From assembly GCA_963849325.1 (NCBI GenBank), contig CAWKHF010000001.1, forward strand, positions 416,001 through 480,000: a stretch of DNA of 64,000 nucleotides, read 5' to 3'. Below the pieces are notes generated by a model. It saw only the letters and a list, made by a program, of their open reading frames with translations, was not told where the DNA came from and made no database searches. The position numbers and the translations under genes were made by a program. Shown piece after piece: positions 22,101 through 36,100 of this stretch (within the stretch, counting starts at the first letter, position 1; each line of letters opens with the position of its first letter). Origin of the DNA: an uncultured Planctomycetota bacterium. Its GTDB lineage: Bacteria > Planctomycetota > Planctomycetia > Gemmatales > Gemmataceae.

Positions 22101-25100
22101 TCATCGCTCCGTGAGGTCGAAAGACAGGGCGCTTCAATGCGGCCACGGCCCGAAGACCGTGGAGAACCTCAAAGATGTCGTCCGGTTTCGTTATAAGCGA
22201 TCGGAAGCTTCAATGCGGCCACGGCCCGAAGACCGTGGAGAACCTCGGTATCCCCATCCGGCGACATGCCGAAATAACGACGCTTCAATGCGGCCACGGC
22301 CCGAAGACCGTGGAGAACCACGCCGGACTGTGGCGGCATGGATGCCGCCACAAAAGCTTCAATGCGGCCACGGCCCGAAGACCGTGGAGAACAGTCTGCG
22401 GGAGACGCCCATCGCTCAGAAGCAAGCGGCTTCAATGCGGCCACGGCCCGAAGACCGTGGAGAACGACCGTGCGCATCGCCGATTGGGCCTACAAGGCGG
22501 GGAAGCTTCAATGCGGCCACGGCCCGAAGACCGTGGAGAACGGGTTGCCCTTTTCGTCAACGTACTCCAGCTTGCGACTCCCGCTTCAATGCGGCCACGG
22601 CCCGAAGACCGTGGAGAACACCTTGGCCTCGGCCTTAACCGCTTCGTCGCGCGCCCGAGCTTCAATGCGGCCACGGCCCGAAGACCGTGGAGAACTGACT
22701 CCGCTATTTTGACATCCTCCGCAGCGATTTCGCTTCAATGCGGCCACGGCCCGAAGACCGTGGAGAACCTTCGCCTCGAAGGTGCTCAACGACCTTCACC
22801 TGTTGCTTCAATGCGGCCACGGCCCGAAGACCGTGGAGAACGTGACGTGGACTGCGGGACCGATGGGCTGGGCATTGCTTCAATGCGGCCACGGCCCGAA
22901 GACCGTGGAGAACACGCTCGGCGTCCTACCTGGACGACGACGCCTGGCTTCAATGCGGCCACGGCCCGAAGACCGTGGAGAACATCGACCAAGACGCTTG
23001 GTACGACTGGGACGAGCTGCTTCAATGCGGCCACGGCCCGAAGACCGTGGAGAACACAGCCGCAGGCGCCGGCGCCGACGCCACCGGAGCTTCAATGCGG
23101 CCACGGCCCGAAGACCGTGGAGAACGGTCGGTGTCGCCGGCCGCATGGCGGGCCTTCATTGCGCTTCAATGCGGCCACGGCCCGAAGACCGTGGAGAACC
23201 CGGAAATCCTCGTCGCCACGGAAACGGCGATGGCTTCAATGCGGCCACGGCCCGAAGACCGTGGAGAACCATATCTAAGAATCGTAACCGCACGGGCGGA
23301 GCCGGCGGCTTCAATGCGGCCACGGCCCGAAGACCGTGGAGAACCCGCCTACGTCGTCCTGCATCCGCCGGCTCGAGACGGTGCTTCAATGCGGCCACGG
23401 CCCGAAGACCGTGGAGAACCGCCGGGCCGAAGTCGCTCCGTCTGGAGAGGATCGCTTCAATGCGGCCACGGCCCGAAGACCGTGGAGAACAATCGTTGTA
23501 CGCTCCGCCATGATTATCCGAGCAAGCGCTTCAATGCGGCCACGGCCCGAAGACCGTGGAGAACCGAGTATCGGTTGTTGGAAAGACAGTCAGGCAACAA
23601 GCTTCAATGCGGCCACGGCCCGAAGACCGTGGAGAACGATGCCGAGGCTGACGAACTAGCGACCTACATAATGCTTCAATGCGGCCACGGCCCGAAGACC
23701 GTGGAGAACGCCGCGCGGCTGCAGGGGGGCGAAGAAAAAGGAGCTTCAATGCGGCCACGGCCCGAAGACCGTGGAGAACGCGCTCGGGCAGGGTTCCACA
23801 GCCGCCGTGTCGATGCGCTTCAATGCGGCCACGGCCCGAAGACCGTGGAGAACCGGATGGAGACGTGATTGACTATGCCTTCATCCGTGGCTTCAATGCG
23901 GCCACGGCCCGAAGACCGTGGAGAACCCCTCCTCCGTCCCCAGAGGTCGCTTTTGTCGAGGCACGTCGGGCTTCAATGCGGCCACGGCCCGAAGACCGTG
24001 GAGAACGTCGAGTACCACCGATCCTACCGGGTCGGCGGCGAGCTGGGCTTCAATGCGGCCACGGCCGAAGACCGTGGAGAACCCGTGCACGGCGCTGGTG
24101 GATGCTCGATACCGTGCTGCTTCAATGCGGCCACGGCCCGAAGACCGTGGAGAACGATGACCAGCGGGCCATCGTCCGCATGGCCCTCGACGCCGCTTCA
24201 ATGCGGCCACGGCCCGAAGACCGTGGAGAACCCGTCTTGCATTCGAGAATCCGCTCCTCGCCGTGCTTCAATGCGGCCACGGCCCGAAGACCGTGGAGAA
24301 CGCAACCCGGAAATAATCCTACTCAGCCATCTCCGAAGCTTCAATGCGGCCACGGCCCGAAGACCGTGGAGAACTCTACTGTGGGGCGGATGGTGGTGGC
24401 ATACGCACAGTGGCTTCAATGCGGCCACGGCCCGAAGACCGTGGAGAACCCTACGCCCGCACAACCCCAAAGGAAGAGACAGGACATGCTTCAATGCGGC
24501 CACGGCCCGAAGACCGTGGAGAACATGGCGGCGGTCGGAGGGAATGGCGGCGGCCCTCGGCTTCAATGCGGCCACGGCCCGAAGACCGTGGAGAACCACC
24601 CTCTCTTCGTCCGCACCTCCGATCAAAGAAAATGCTTCAATGCGGCCACGGCCCGAAGACCGTGGAGAACTGCTCACCACCGGGGCCACGTTGACGCCCG
24701 CGACGTGCTTCAATGCGGCCACGGCCCGAAGACCGTGGAGAACCCGAGCATGTAAAAAGAGCGGGGTAACGCATGGACTCGATGCTTCAATGCGGCCACG
24801 GCCCGAAGACCGTGGAGAACCGCCGACGGCGAGTTGCCCGAGCCGAAGGACGACACGCTTCAATGCGGCCACGGCCCGAAGACCGTGGAGAACCTGAGCC
24901 GCACGCATCGGCAACCGCTTTTCGGCATGCTTCAATGCGGCCACGGCCCGAAGACCGTGGAGAACCACATCTTCGCATCCGCCCGCGCACTCCGCGCGAG
25001 CTTCAATGCGGCCACGGCCCGAAGACCGTGGAGAACCAGCCGAACCGCGCAGACTCGATCTCAGGCTCTCCGCTTCAATGCGGCCACGGCCCGAAGACCG

Positions 25101-28100
25101 TGGAGAACCATCATCCAGGCCGGCAGGCCGCGCAGGTAATGCGGCTTCAATGCGGCCACGGCCCGAAGACCGTGGAGAACGCATCCGTGGCAATGCGAAC
25201 ATGCCGAGGTCCACTCGCTTCAATGCGGCCACGGCCCGAAGACCGTGGAGAACCAGGACTTGACGCGCCGATTTCGTGCTGACGCCGCTTCAATGCGGCC
25301 ACGGCCCGAAGCCGTGGAGAACGACCTCGCCTTCATGTCTCTGAGCGTCGGCGAGAGAGGCTTCAATGCGGCCACGGCCCGAAGACCGTGGAGAACGCCT
25401 GCCGGTGGTGCCGTTTGCGGAGCCGCGAAAAGCTTCAATGCGGCCACGGCCCGAAGACCGTGGAGAACTACGAAATCATCACGGGCCGCGACGTGGAGAA
25501 CAAGGCTTCAATGCGGCCACGGCCCGAAGACCGTGGAGAACTCATCGCGGCGGGCGAGTTCGCCGCTACGCCGCGCTTCAATGCGGCCACGGCCCGAAGA
25601 CCGTGGAGAACCGGAATCGGCCGACGTGCTCGCGTGTGCGCCTCGAGCTTCAATGCGGCCACGGCCCGAAGACCGTGGAGAACTGGGCCACGAACCCGGA
25701 CTCTTGACGCCGCAGGAAGGCTTCAATGCGGCCACGGCCCGAAGACCGTGGAGAACGCGACTGGCGGCGACAGGTGAGACGACGGAGATGAGGAGCTTCA
25801 ATGCGGCCACGGCCCGAAGACCGTGGAGAACCCGGCGTCGCCGTCACCACGCGTACGCCGCAAAGAGCTTCAATGCGGCCACGGCCCGAAGACCGTGGAG
25901 AACCTCCGGCTCCGGCTCCGGGGCCGTCGCCGACTGGAGCTTCAATGCGGCCACGGCCCGAAGACCGTGGAGAACTCTACGTCGGATTTGCAGTCAAGGA
26001 CGAAGCCAGGGCTTCGATGCGGCCACGGCCCGAAGACCGTGGAGAACGAAAACGCCACGCTGCTCTTTGGCACGGCCTTGAGCTTCAATGCGGCCACGGC
26101 GAAGCCGTGGAGAACTTCTAGGAATCGGCCTGAAGCCGTGCAGCGATCGGGCTTCAATGCGGCCACGGCCGAAGACGCCGTGGAGAACGTGCCATCACGG
26201 CCTTGTTGCGCGAGGCCGTGGCTTCAATGCGGCCACGGCCGAAGCCGTGGAGAACCCGCCGTGCCGAGGAGCTGGCCCAGCTGGACGCCACGCTTCAATG
26301 CGGCCACGGCCCGAAGACCGTGGAGAACCGCCACCCCGCCGGGCGGAGGCCGTATCCGACGAAGCTTCAATGCGGCCACGGCCCGAAGACCGTGGAGAAC
26401 CCGAGGACTCGGCCCCCTGACGGTCCCCGCCGACGTGGCTTCAATGCGGCCACGGCCGAAGACCGTGGAGAACATGATCCTCCGATTCGCGGATACCCCG
26501 TACGGTAGAGCTTCAATGCGGCCACGGCCCGAAGACCGTGGAGAACCTCTTCCTTTGTGCCGGTGTCCGCTCTGCCGAAGTGAGCTTCAATGCGGCCACG
26601 GCCCGAAGACCGTGGAGAACATTACGTCCGCCAGGCCATGCGGCAGGTCTGGGTGTCTTGGATCCGGCCACGGCCCGAAGACCGTGGAGAACTGCAGGTG
26701 ATGCTCTGGGGTTGCTGCGCCGGGACAAGCACTTCAATGCGGCCACGGCCCGAAGACCGTCGAGAACATCGGATGAGACTCCATGTCACTAGCCCGCGAT
26801 GTGCTTCAATGCGGCCACGGCCCAAAGACCGTGGAGAACAGCGGCCAGGCTATGGGAGCAGATGACGCGAGAACGAGCTGGATGCGGCCACGGCCCGAAG
26901 ACCGTGGAGAACAGCACGACTTCAACGATCAAGTGTTAGCGGGGTTGTGGCTTCAATGCGGCCACGGCCCGAAGACCGTGGAGAACTATGTTCGATGGCT
27001 TTCACGACCGTATGGACTGGCTCGGCTTCAATCCGGCCACGGCCCGAAGACCGTGGAGAACTCGTCCGGTTCCTGCCTTCAGTGGCCTTGCTCCGCTTGG
27101 CTTCAATGCGGCCACGGCCCGAAGACCGTGGAGAACGGTGAAGCCGACGACTGGCCCAGCCACTTGATGACGCTTCAATGCGGCCACGGCCCGAAGACCG
27201 TGGAGAACGAGGCCGTACAAATCCGTTTGGGGCGGCGGTGTCAGGCTTCAATGCGGCCACGGCCCGAAACCGTGGAGAACTCGCCTTCGAGCAAGTAGAG
27301 GAGCACATGTCACAGCTTCAATGCGGCCACGGCCCGAAGACCGTGGAGAACGCAGTATATCGGATTTTTTCTGTGACAGACTATTAACGCTTCAATGCGG
27401 CCACGGCCCGAAGACCGTGGAGAACCCATCCATGCCGACCGGGAATAGCCGACTGGTGCTGAAGCTTCAATGCGGCCACGGCCCGAAGACCGTGGAGAAC
27501 ACCAGCCTCACCATCAAGCTGTGCGACAACAAGAAACCGCTTCAATGCGGCCACGGCCCGAAGACCGTGGAGAACCAACCAGCAAGCCGCCGAGCAAGCC
27601 AACCCCTATGCATTCAATGCGGCCACGGCCCGAAGACCGTGGAGAACATTATGAGGAGCGTGCCACCACTTTCCCCCAGCACGCTTCAATGCGGCCACGG
27701 CCCGAAGACCGTGGAGAACCCTCAGTCATTTTCTCTATCCTCTCGACTATGGTTGGCTTCAATGCGGCCACGGCCCGAAGACCGTGGAGAACGCGGCATG
27801 GCGGCGAAGAAGCAAGCAGCGCAGCGCGGAGCTTCAATGCGGCCACGGCCCGAAGACCGTGGAGAACCTCGACGACCTTGCCGGCGAGGGCCACACCTGG
27901 GTGCTTCAATGCGGCCACGGCCCGAAGACCGTGGAGAACATGCCATGAGGGACGAATCCATCTGGGAACACCTGCTGCTTCAATGCGGCCACGGCCCGAA
28001 GACCGTGGAGAACTTACGAGTGGATCATCTCCAAGCCCGAAACGGTGATGCTTCGATGCGGCCACGGCCCGAAGACCGTGGAGAACCCTCAGCACCAGAC

Positions 28101-28189
28101 GCCGAGAGCTTCCGCGTGCTCTCGGGCTTCAATGCGGCCACGGCCCGAAGACCGTGGAGAACACGGCTCGACGAGTTCGGCCGGATGCA

Positions 28190-30148
28190 AGCCCCAGGAA
28201 CTTCCTCGGAAGGTGACGCGACGGTGACGTAGCTCCCTGCTGCGATGGGCCTCCGCCGCGCGCACCGTCTCCGCTCCCTTCCGCCCTTCGCCCTTGTCCT
28301 CTCCGCTGTTTCCGTCTCACCTCACTGTCAATGACTGCCAACGCCAACGCGAATCTAGGTCACCGCCGGCATCGGCGGCGCCTCCACCTTCCGCAGCTCG
28401 AAGCCCAGCTCCATCGCACGACGACGCAACTGCTTCTCCAGACGCGCCCGCACCTGCTCGGCGTAGACCGCCTCCGTTTGCTTGACGTAGGCCATGCCGT
28501 AACGCACCAAGTGGTACACGATCCGCGCCAGCTTGTGCGCCGTCGCCGTGATCGCCTTGGGCGCACCCAGACGCGAACGCTGACGACGCAGATAGGCTCC
28601 CAAATAGCTCTTGCTCCGCATCAGACTCCAGGCCGCCAAACACAACGTCCGCGCCGCACGCCCCTTGCCCTTACGCGTCGCGCTGGACTTGACCTTACCC
28701 CCGGTCTTGTGCCAGTTGGGGCACAGCCCCAGCCAGCAGGTGAACTGCTTGACCGTCGGCCATTTCGTGAAGTCCCAACCCAGCTCACTGACCAACGTCA
28801 ACGCATGCACCTCGTCAATGCCTTCGATCGCCGTCAGGTCTACGCCCGTGGCCAAGTACAACGCCTGGCGCACGTCAAAGCGTGGGTCGTGCGGCTTGCG
28901 GCCACGCATGCGGGGCTTGGGCGGCAGTGGGGGCAACGCGGTCTGCCGACGCATGCTCCGCAGGTGGGCGTCGATGGCTTCGTCCAGCTCACCGATCACC
29001 TCCTGATACTTCTCCCACAAGGTCAGGCAACAGCGCAGCTCGGTTATATGCTCGGGGCGATAGCGGCCATCCAACGCCTGGGCGATGTCCGCAACGCTGT
29101 GCCGGCAGCGGCGGTCGCGCAGCCTGGCCAGTTGCTGCGGGTCGCGTTGGCCGGCGAGGATGGCCCGGATGATCTTTAGCCCCGTTACGCCGGTGACGTC
29201 GCCCAGCACGCCGGTCAGCTTGAGGTTCATCAGTTGCAGCGCCTTCTGCATCCTCTGGATGTGCTGGCCGGACAGGCGGACCAGGTTCGTGCGTTGGCGG
29301 ACGTAGTCACGCAGGGTCTGGGTGGCCTCGTCGGGCTGGAAGATGGCCGGCAACAGGCCGTGCTTGTGCAGGCGTTGAATCCACTGGCAGTCACGCTTGT
29401 CGGTCTTGGGCCGGCCCTTGATCTGGCGGGCAAACTGCGGTGCGGTCATCACCACCACGAAGCCGGCTTCCAGCAGAGTCAAAAACAGGACGTGGGCGTA
29501 GACGCCGGTGGCCTCCACGGCCACGGTGGTGACGCCGCATTGGCGTAGCCAGGCGACCAATTGCCGCAGCCCGGCGGTATGAGCGGGAACGCGCGGACGG
29601 CGTTGCTGTCGTCGGGGGTGGATTCGACGCAGGCCCAGTGGCTGACGTCGCCAGCGTCGATGCCGGCGGCGTGAGCATGCTGCACCGGCATCGAGACCAG
29701 CTTGGCGCACTCCTGGGCGTCACGTCGGGTCTTTTCAGCGTGGCGGGCGGCGCGGCGTAGTTCGTTGGCGGTCGCGGCCACCGATGGCGTTTGCGGTTTA
29801 CGGGCGTCGCGTGGTGGGGTCTTGCAGTCGGACACGGGAGCCTCCACAATAGGGGGATTGGGGAACCAGGGTGTCCGGTGGGGGAGTCGGCACGGGCACC
29901 AGCCGTCCCAACGGGATCGACCGCGACGGCGTTGAAGGCCGTAGGCGGTCGTCACCAAACGAGTGGGCCGAAAATCGCTCCCCGGTCCAGTCGAACCAGC
30001 GGGCGGAGCGCAAAGCCTCTCAGCACCAGAAGCATGTCGGACATCGACACCGGACACCGGAGGTAGGATAAGCGAGTCTCGCCCCAAGTTCCTGGCATTG
30101 TGGTGCAGGGGAACCCTGCGAGGATGCGAACCAGGCGCAGGGCAGGCC
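28190..30148 (-). mobile_element. IS110-family insertion sequence inserted inside a CRISPR spacer
   Basis: Removing ~28190-30144 rejoins a 41-bp spacer. About 300 bp of non-coding sequence lies upstream of the transposase. Confidence 0.85.
28355..29835 (-). CDS. IS110 transposase (DEDD recombinase), frameshift near 29585
   Basis: AAGIDAG, VEATGVY, KTDKRDCQW, WLGLCP...TGGK and AITATAHKLAR motifs; GGAGG RBS before GTG at 29835. Confidence 0.9.
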
Positions 30149-33100
30149 GAGCTGCAAGGCTTCAATGCGGCCACGGCCCGAAGACCGTGGAGAACGCAGG
30201 CCAAGTCTGGCGTCGGACTGGCCCTGCCGAATAGCTGGCTTCAATGCGGCCACGGCCCGAAGACCGTGGAGAACTATTGGCGCGTTGTGTATCCCGAGGC
30301 GTCAATGTGAGCTTCAATGCGGCCACGGCCCGAAGACCGTGGAGAACTTCACCCTGGCATTCAGCAGTGCCGTAGGGATGGAAGCTTCAATGCGGCCACG
30401 GCCCGAAGACCGTGGAGAACCGTGGGTGCCGGTCTACACGAGCTTCTTCCAGGACCAGCTTCAATGCGGCCACGGCCCGAAGACCGTGGAGAACGGGGAA
30501 CTTCAACATCAACCCCGCCGGGGGAGCAGGGGCTTCAATGCGGCCACGGCCCGAAGACCGTGGAGAACCCTCCCGGTAGATCGCATCCAAAACGCCCACG
30601 ACAAAGCTTCAATGCGGCCACGGCCCGAAGACCGTGGAGAACGTGGTGCCGTCCTTCTTGGACAACTTGGTAACGGTAGCTTCAATGCGGCCACGGCCCG
30701 AAGACCGTGGAGAACCGGGGCCATGAACAATGAAATTCAAGCCTTCATGCAGCTTCAATGCGGCCACGGCCCGAAGACCGTGGAGAACACGATTGCAGTT
30801 AATTTGGACATCCATTGGCAAAACCGCTTCAATGCGGCCACGGCCCGAAGACCGTGGAGAACTAGGCCGTGAAGCGAGCCGGCCAGTATTCCACGAAGCC
30901 GCTTCAATGCGGCCACGGCCCGAAGACCGTGGAGAACCATCGTTGGCGGCTCCAAGAGGTGGCGTGAAGCGCTGCTTCAATGCGGCCACGGCCCGAAGAC
31001 CGTGGAGAACAACGACCTTCTCCGCCTTCGTGCAGCGCAGGCCGTCTGCTTCAATGCGGCCACGGCCCGAAGACCGTGGAGAACCCCACGCCTCCTCGGT
31101 GTCCTCCTCGCCGAGCAGGTGGCTTCAATGCGGCCACGGCCCGAAGACCGTGGAGAACACCCCACATCGAGGTTAACTGCCTTCCCGTTGTGGGCTTCAA
31201 TGCGGCCACGGCCCGAAGACCGTGGAGAACACGAGCCGGACCAAGGTGATCCCCGGTCTGGACCAGGTGCTTCAATGCGGCCACGGCCCGAAGACCGTGG
31301 AGAACGTACAATCGCCCAGGCGCGACTTCGTTCCGGATCGCAGCTTCAATGCGGCCACGGCCCGAAGACCGTGGAGAACTCCACAGGCGGCCCGTCCTCC
31401 GGCTGTCCGATCCAGGCGCTTCAATGCGGCCACGGCCCGAAGACCGTGGAGAACCGCTGCCCCGTCATCGTGACGTAGCGCTTGTCGTCGTGCTTCAATG
31501 CGGCCACGGCCCGAAGACCGTGGAGAACCGCCGGGTCCGGGGTTGGCGCAGGCGGCGAGGAACCGGGGGCTTCAATGCGGCCACGGCCCGAAGACCGTGG
31601 AGAACTCCTTGTGGACACCAATTGCAGAGAGCCGCCGCGCAGCGCGCTTCAATGCGGCCACGGCCCGAAGACCGTGGAGAACACGGACCTGAAGCAATTC
31701 GTGGAGGTCTGGCAAACGGGCTTCAATGCGGCCACGGCCCGAAGACCGTGGAGAACCACGCAATGCCAAGGGCAAGATCGATCCCGTGCCTATGCTTCAA
31801 TGCGGCCACGGCCCGAAGACCGTGGAGAACCCCGGAAAAATGGCGTGCGGCTCTCCGGGAGTAATGCTTCAATGCGGCCACGGCCCGAAGACCGTGGAGA
31901 ACCGTGGAAACGTGGCCGTACTGCGAACGGCTCCGGCCGCTTCAATGCGGCCACGGCCCGAAGACCGTGGAGAACGATAGAGGGCGTGCTCGCCACACTG
32001 GCGAGTCAGGTGGGCTTCAATGCGGCCACGGCCCGAAGACCGTGGAGAACAGGGAGTCACCAGTGTTTGATCGCAACTGTCCGATGCTTCAATGCGGCCA
32101 CGGCCCGAAGACCGTGGAGAACCTGCGATACCGCAACTCTTTATTGTCCACGAAATGCTTCAATGCGGCCACGGCCCGAAGACCGTGGAGAACCGGGCGG
32201 CCCGGACAGGATCGATGCCGACGCGGAGGAGCTTCAATGCGGCCACGGCCCGAAGACCGTGGAGAACGAGAAGCGGGCGAGGCGGGTGCGAGCCTGGAGG
32301 GCGTGCTTCAATGCGGCCACGGCCCGAAGACCGTGGAGAACGCCCGCGTCTGGATACGAACGCGAGACCGCAGCTATCGCTTCAATGCGGCCACGGCCCG
32401 AAGACCGTGGAGAACGCGTACGGAACCGCCGTGATGGCGGCCGTGAACCGGCTTCAATGCGGCCACGGCCCGAAGACCGTGGAGAACTCGGGACTTTGAC
32501 ACGACCCATATCGGGGATCGGTCTGCTTCAATGCGGCCACGGCCCGAAGACCGTGGAGAACCGTCTGGTCGTCGTGATGACCGGGACCGGAGCGATTGGG
32601 CTTCAATGCGGCCACGGCCCGAAGACCGTGGAGAACCGGCGTGATAACCGTTGAACAGCTCGACTTGCTCGCGCTTCAATGCGGCCACGGCCCGAAGACC
32701 GTGGAGAACGAGGTCTTAATCAAAGTCCTTGCCGATAGAATCAGCTTCAATGCGGCCACGGCCCGAAGACCGTGGAGAACTTCTTTTCTTGTTTGACGCC
32801 AGAGGACATATACCAGCTTCAATGCGGCCACGGCCCGAAGACCGTGGAGAACGCGGTTGCTTTTGAGGGCCAATTGAGCTTGGCGGTGCTTCAATGCGGC
32901 CACGGCCCGAAGACCGTGGAGAACCAACCCGCCGATTGACCCCGATACTGTTTTGACAGGGCTTCAATGCGGCCACGGCCCGAAGACCGTGGAGAACCTG
33001 GCAGCTTGCGACCCGCTGAAGGCCGCGAGGTGGCTTCAATGCGGCCACGGCCCGAAGACCGTGGAGAACTCGTTTGAAGGAGTAATCAATGCCAGGTGTC

Positions 33101-36100
33101 AAGCAGAGCTTCAATGCGGCCACGGCCCGAAGACCGTGGAGAACTTGCCCTCAGAGGACGCCGTTCCGGACAGTGATGAGGAGCTTCAATGCGGCCACGG
33201 CCCGAAGACCGTGGAGAACCAAATCACGTTCGGCCGGAGCCGTTCAGTGAACGGCGCTTCAATGCGGCCACGGCCCGAAGACCGTGGAGAACCCGAAGAA
33301 ATCCGGCAACGATGCCGCTGGCGTGACGCTGCTTCAATGCGGCCACGGCCCGAAGACCGTGGAGAACCCTGCGCGACTCATGGCGAGGGCCGCACTCTCC
33401 CCATAGGCGCTTCAATGCGGCCACGGCCCGAAGACCGTGGAGAACCGCATCTCGGCCCCCTCGCGTGAGCTGCGTCACCGACTTTGCTTCAATGCGGCCA
33501 CGGCCCGAAGACCGTGGAGAACCGGGCAATCCTGCTGTGATGAACGACGGCAGAGACGCTTCAATGCGGCCACGGCCCGAAGACCGTGGAGAACTTCGAG
33601 CGGCGCCGATGTTGGCGAGGTCGTTGTTCTGGCTTCAATGCGGCCACGGCCCGAAGACCGTGGAGAACCCCCGCATCGGGCCTTGCTGTGGCCCGTATGG
33701 CAGGGAGCTTCAATGCGGCCACGGCCCGAAGACCGTGGAGAACTCGCCCACCGGCAGGTAGCCCAGAGGCGGTAGGTGAGGCTTCAATGCGGCCACGGCC
33801 CGAAGACCGTGGAGAACATCGAAGCTATGAATGATTCATTGAAAGATGCTCTGCTTCAATGCGGCCACGGCCCGAAGACCGTGGAGAACGACTGGTACTA
33901 TCAGGACACAGACAGCCTGATAGTGAGTGCTTCAATGCGGCCACGGCCCGAAGACCGTGGAGAACCCGCGACCTATGGCAAAGTGGAACTGGAAGATCTG
34001 TGCTTCAATGCGGCCACGGCCCGAAGACCGTGGAGAACACAGGATGCCTTCCTCCGATGTCATCGCCGGCCCTCCCCGCTTCAATGCGGCCACGGCCCGA
34101 AGACCGTGGAGAACCTGTCGATACTCCCAGCATTTCGATCATACCGCGACGGCGCTTCAATGCGGCCACGGCCCGAAGACCGTGGAGAACAACCCGTTCA
34201 TTCGCCGGACTGTGGACAACGAGAACGGCTTCAATGCGGCCACGGCCCGAAGACCGTGGAGAACTCGCGTTGTCCTGGGCGTCACCCTGACACCGGATCA
34301 AGCTTCAATGCGGCCACGGCCCGAAGACCGTGGAGAACCGCTTCCGCAATCTGTATTGGCGTCGTCCCAAGACTAGCTTCAATGCGGCCACGGCCCGAAG
34401 ACCGTGGAGAACCCGGCCCGCCGTGCGCGGCACGCTCTGGACGGCCTAGCTTCAATGCGGCCACGGCCCGAAGACCGTGGAGAACAAGAAGTTCTCGGAC
34501 GAGATGATTGAGGAGCTGAAGGCTTCAATGCGGCCACGGCCCGAAGACCGTGGAGAACCGAGAATCCAAGCGAGATCAGGGTCGTGGCCATCGGGCTTCA
34601 ATGCGGCCACGGCCCGAAGACCGTGGAGAACTTGGAAACTCCCAATTCGTGTTGTCGCTGCTGTCGAGCTTCAATGCGGCCACGGCCCGAAGACCGTGGA
34701 GAACTTGAAGACAGCCACGACGTATGGGAAATGCTTGGCGAGCTTCAATGCGGCCACGGCCCGAAGACCGTGGAGAACAGTTCCTTGACGCACGCGCACG
34801 TCCACGTCCCGCCGGCGCTTCAATGCGGCCACGGCCCGAAGACCGTGGAGAACGCGAAAGTATCTGCGGCAGTGCTTTCGGCTGGGAATGCTTCAATGCG
34901 GCCACGGCCCGAAGACCGTGGAGAACTGCTTACGTCGCGTTGAGTTAAGTTTCCCTTTTTTCGGCTTCAATGCGGCCACGGCCCGAAGACCGTGGAGAAC
35001 ATCGTGACGTAGAGAGGTAATCGAGCCGGATACAGGCTTCAATGCGGCCACGGCCCGAAGACCGTGGAGAACTCGGCATCGGTGCCGACGCCAAGACCGA
35101 CCTCGAAGCTTCAATGCGGCCACGGCCCGAAGACCGTGGAGAACCATCTATCACATGGCCGTTCATAACCCGGCCACAGAGGCTTCAATGCGGCCACGGC
35201 CCGAAGACCGTGGAGAACTGATGAAACCAGTATGGAGTAGGGACTGGCGAGACCATGCTTCAATGCGGCCACGGCCCGAAGACCGTGGAGAACCAGTCCT
35301 TATGTCGCCCTATCAGCCAACACATAATTTGCTTCAATGCGGCCACGGCCCGAAGACCGTGGAGAACCTCCAATGCAGTGTTGTTTGAGAAAAGAGGCCG
35401 ACAAAGCTTCAATGCGGCCACGGCCCGAAGACCGTGGAGAACGAGAACCTCTGGTGTGGCAGGTATTTTCGATGTTATCGCTTCAATGCGGCCACGGCCC
35501 GAAGACCGTGGAGAACTGGAGATATATGCCGGAGGGGAGCTACCGTCCAAGCTTCAATGCGGCCACGGCCCGAAGCCGTGGAGAACTCAGTGCCAATCTC
35601 GCGGCACTGCCGGCAGTCCCGGAGGCTTCAATGCGGCCACGGCCCGAAGACCGTGGAGAACCAGAGCTAGTACATTCTATTTGCTTAGGAATTACAGCGG
35701 CTTCAATGCGGCCACGGCCCGAAGCCGTGGAGAACGTTCGCTCGGCTTTTCATCTTGCGGAGCAGGAGCGAGCTTCAATGCGGCCACGGCCCGAAGCCGT
35801 GGAGAACCTGGTGGCGGTTGCCGCGGAGGAGGTGTGGTGGCGGCTTCAATGCGGCCACGGCCCGAAGCCGTGGAGAACGTCCGGTAAATCAACATGGGTG
35901 AAGAATTGGCAAGACGCTTCAATGCGGCCACGGCCCGAAGCCGTGGAGAACCTCGGCGTGCCCGACTGTTGTTGCGCGGAAAGGGGGCTTCAATGCGGCC
36001 ACGGCCCGAAGACCGTGGAGAACTTCAAGGTGAAGTTCGATGTTGGGGATTCATTGTAGCTTCAATGCGGCCACGGCCCGAAGCCGTGGAGAACTCCAGA

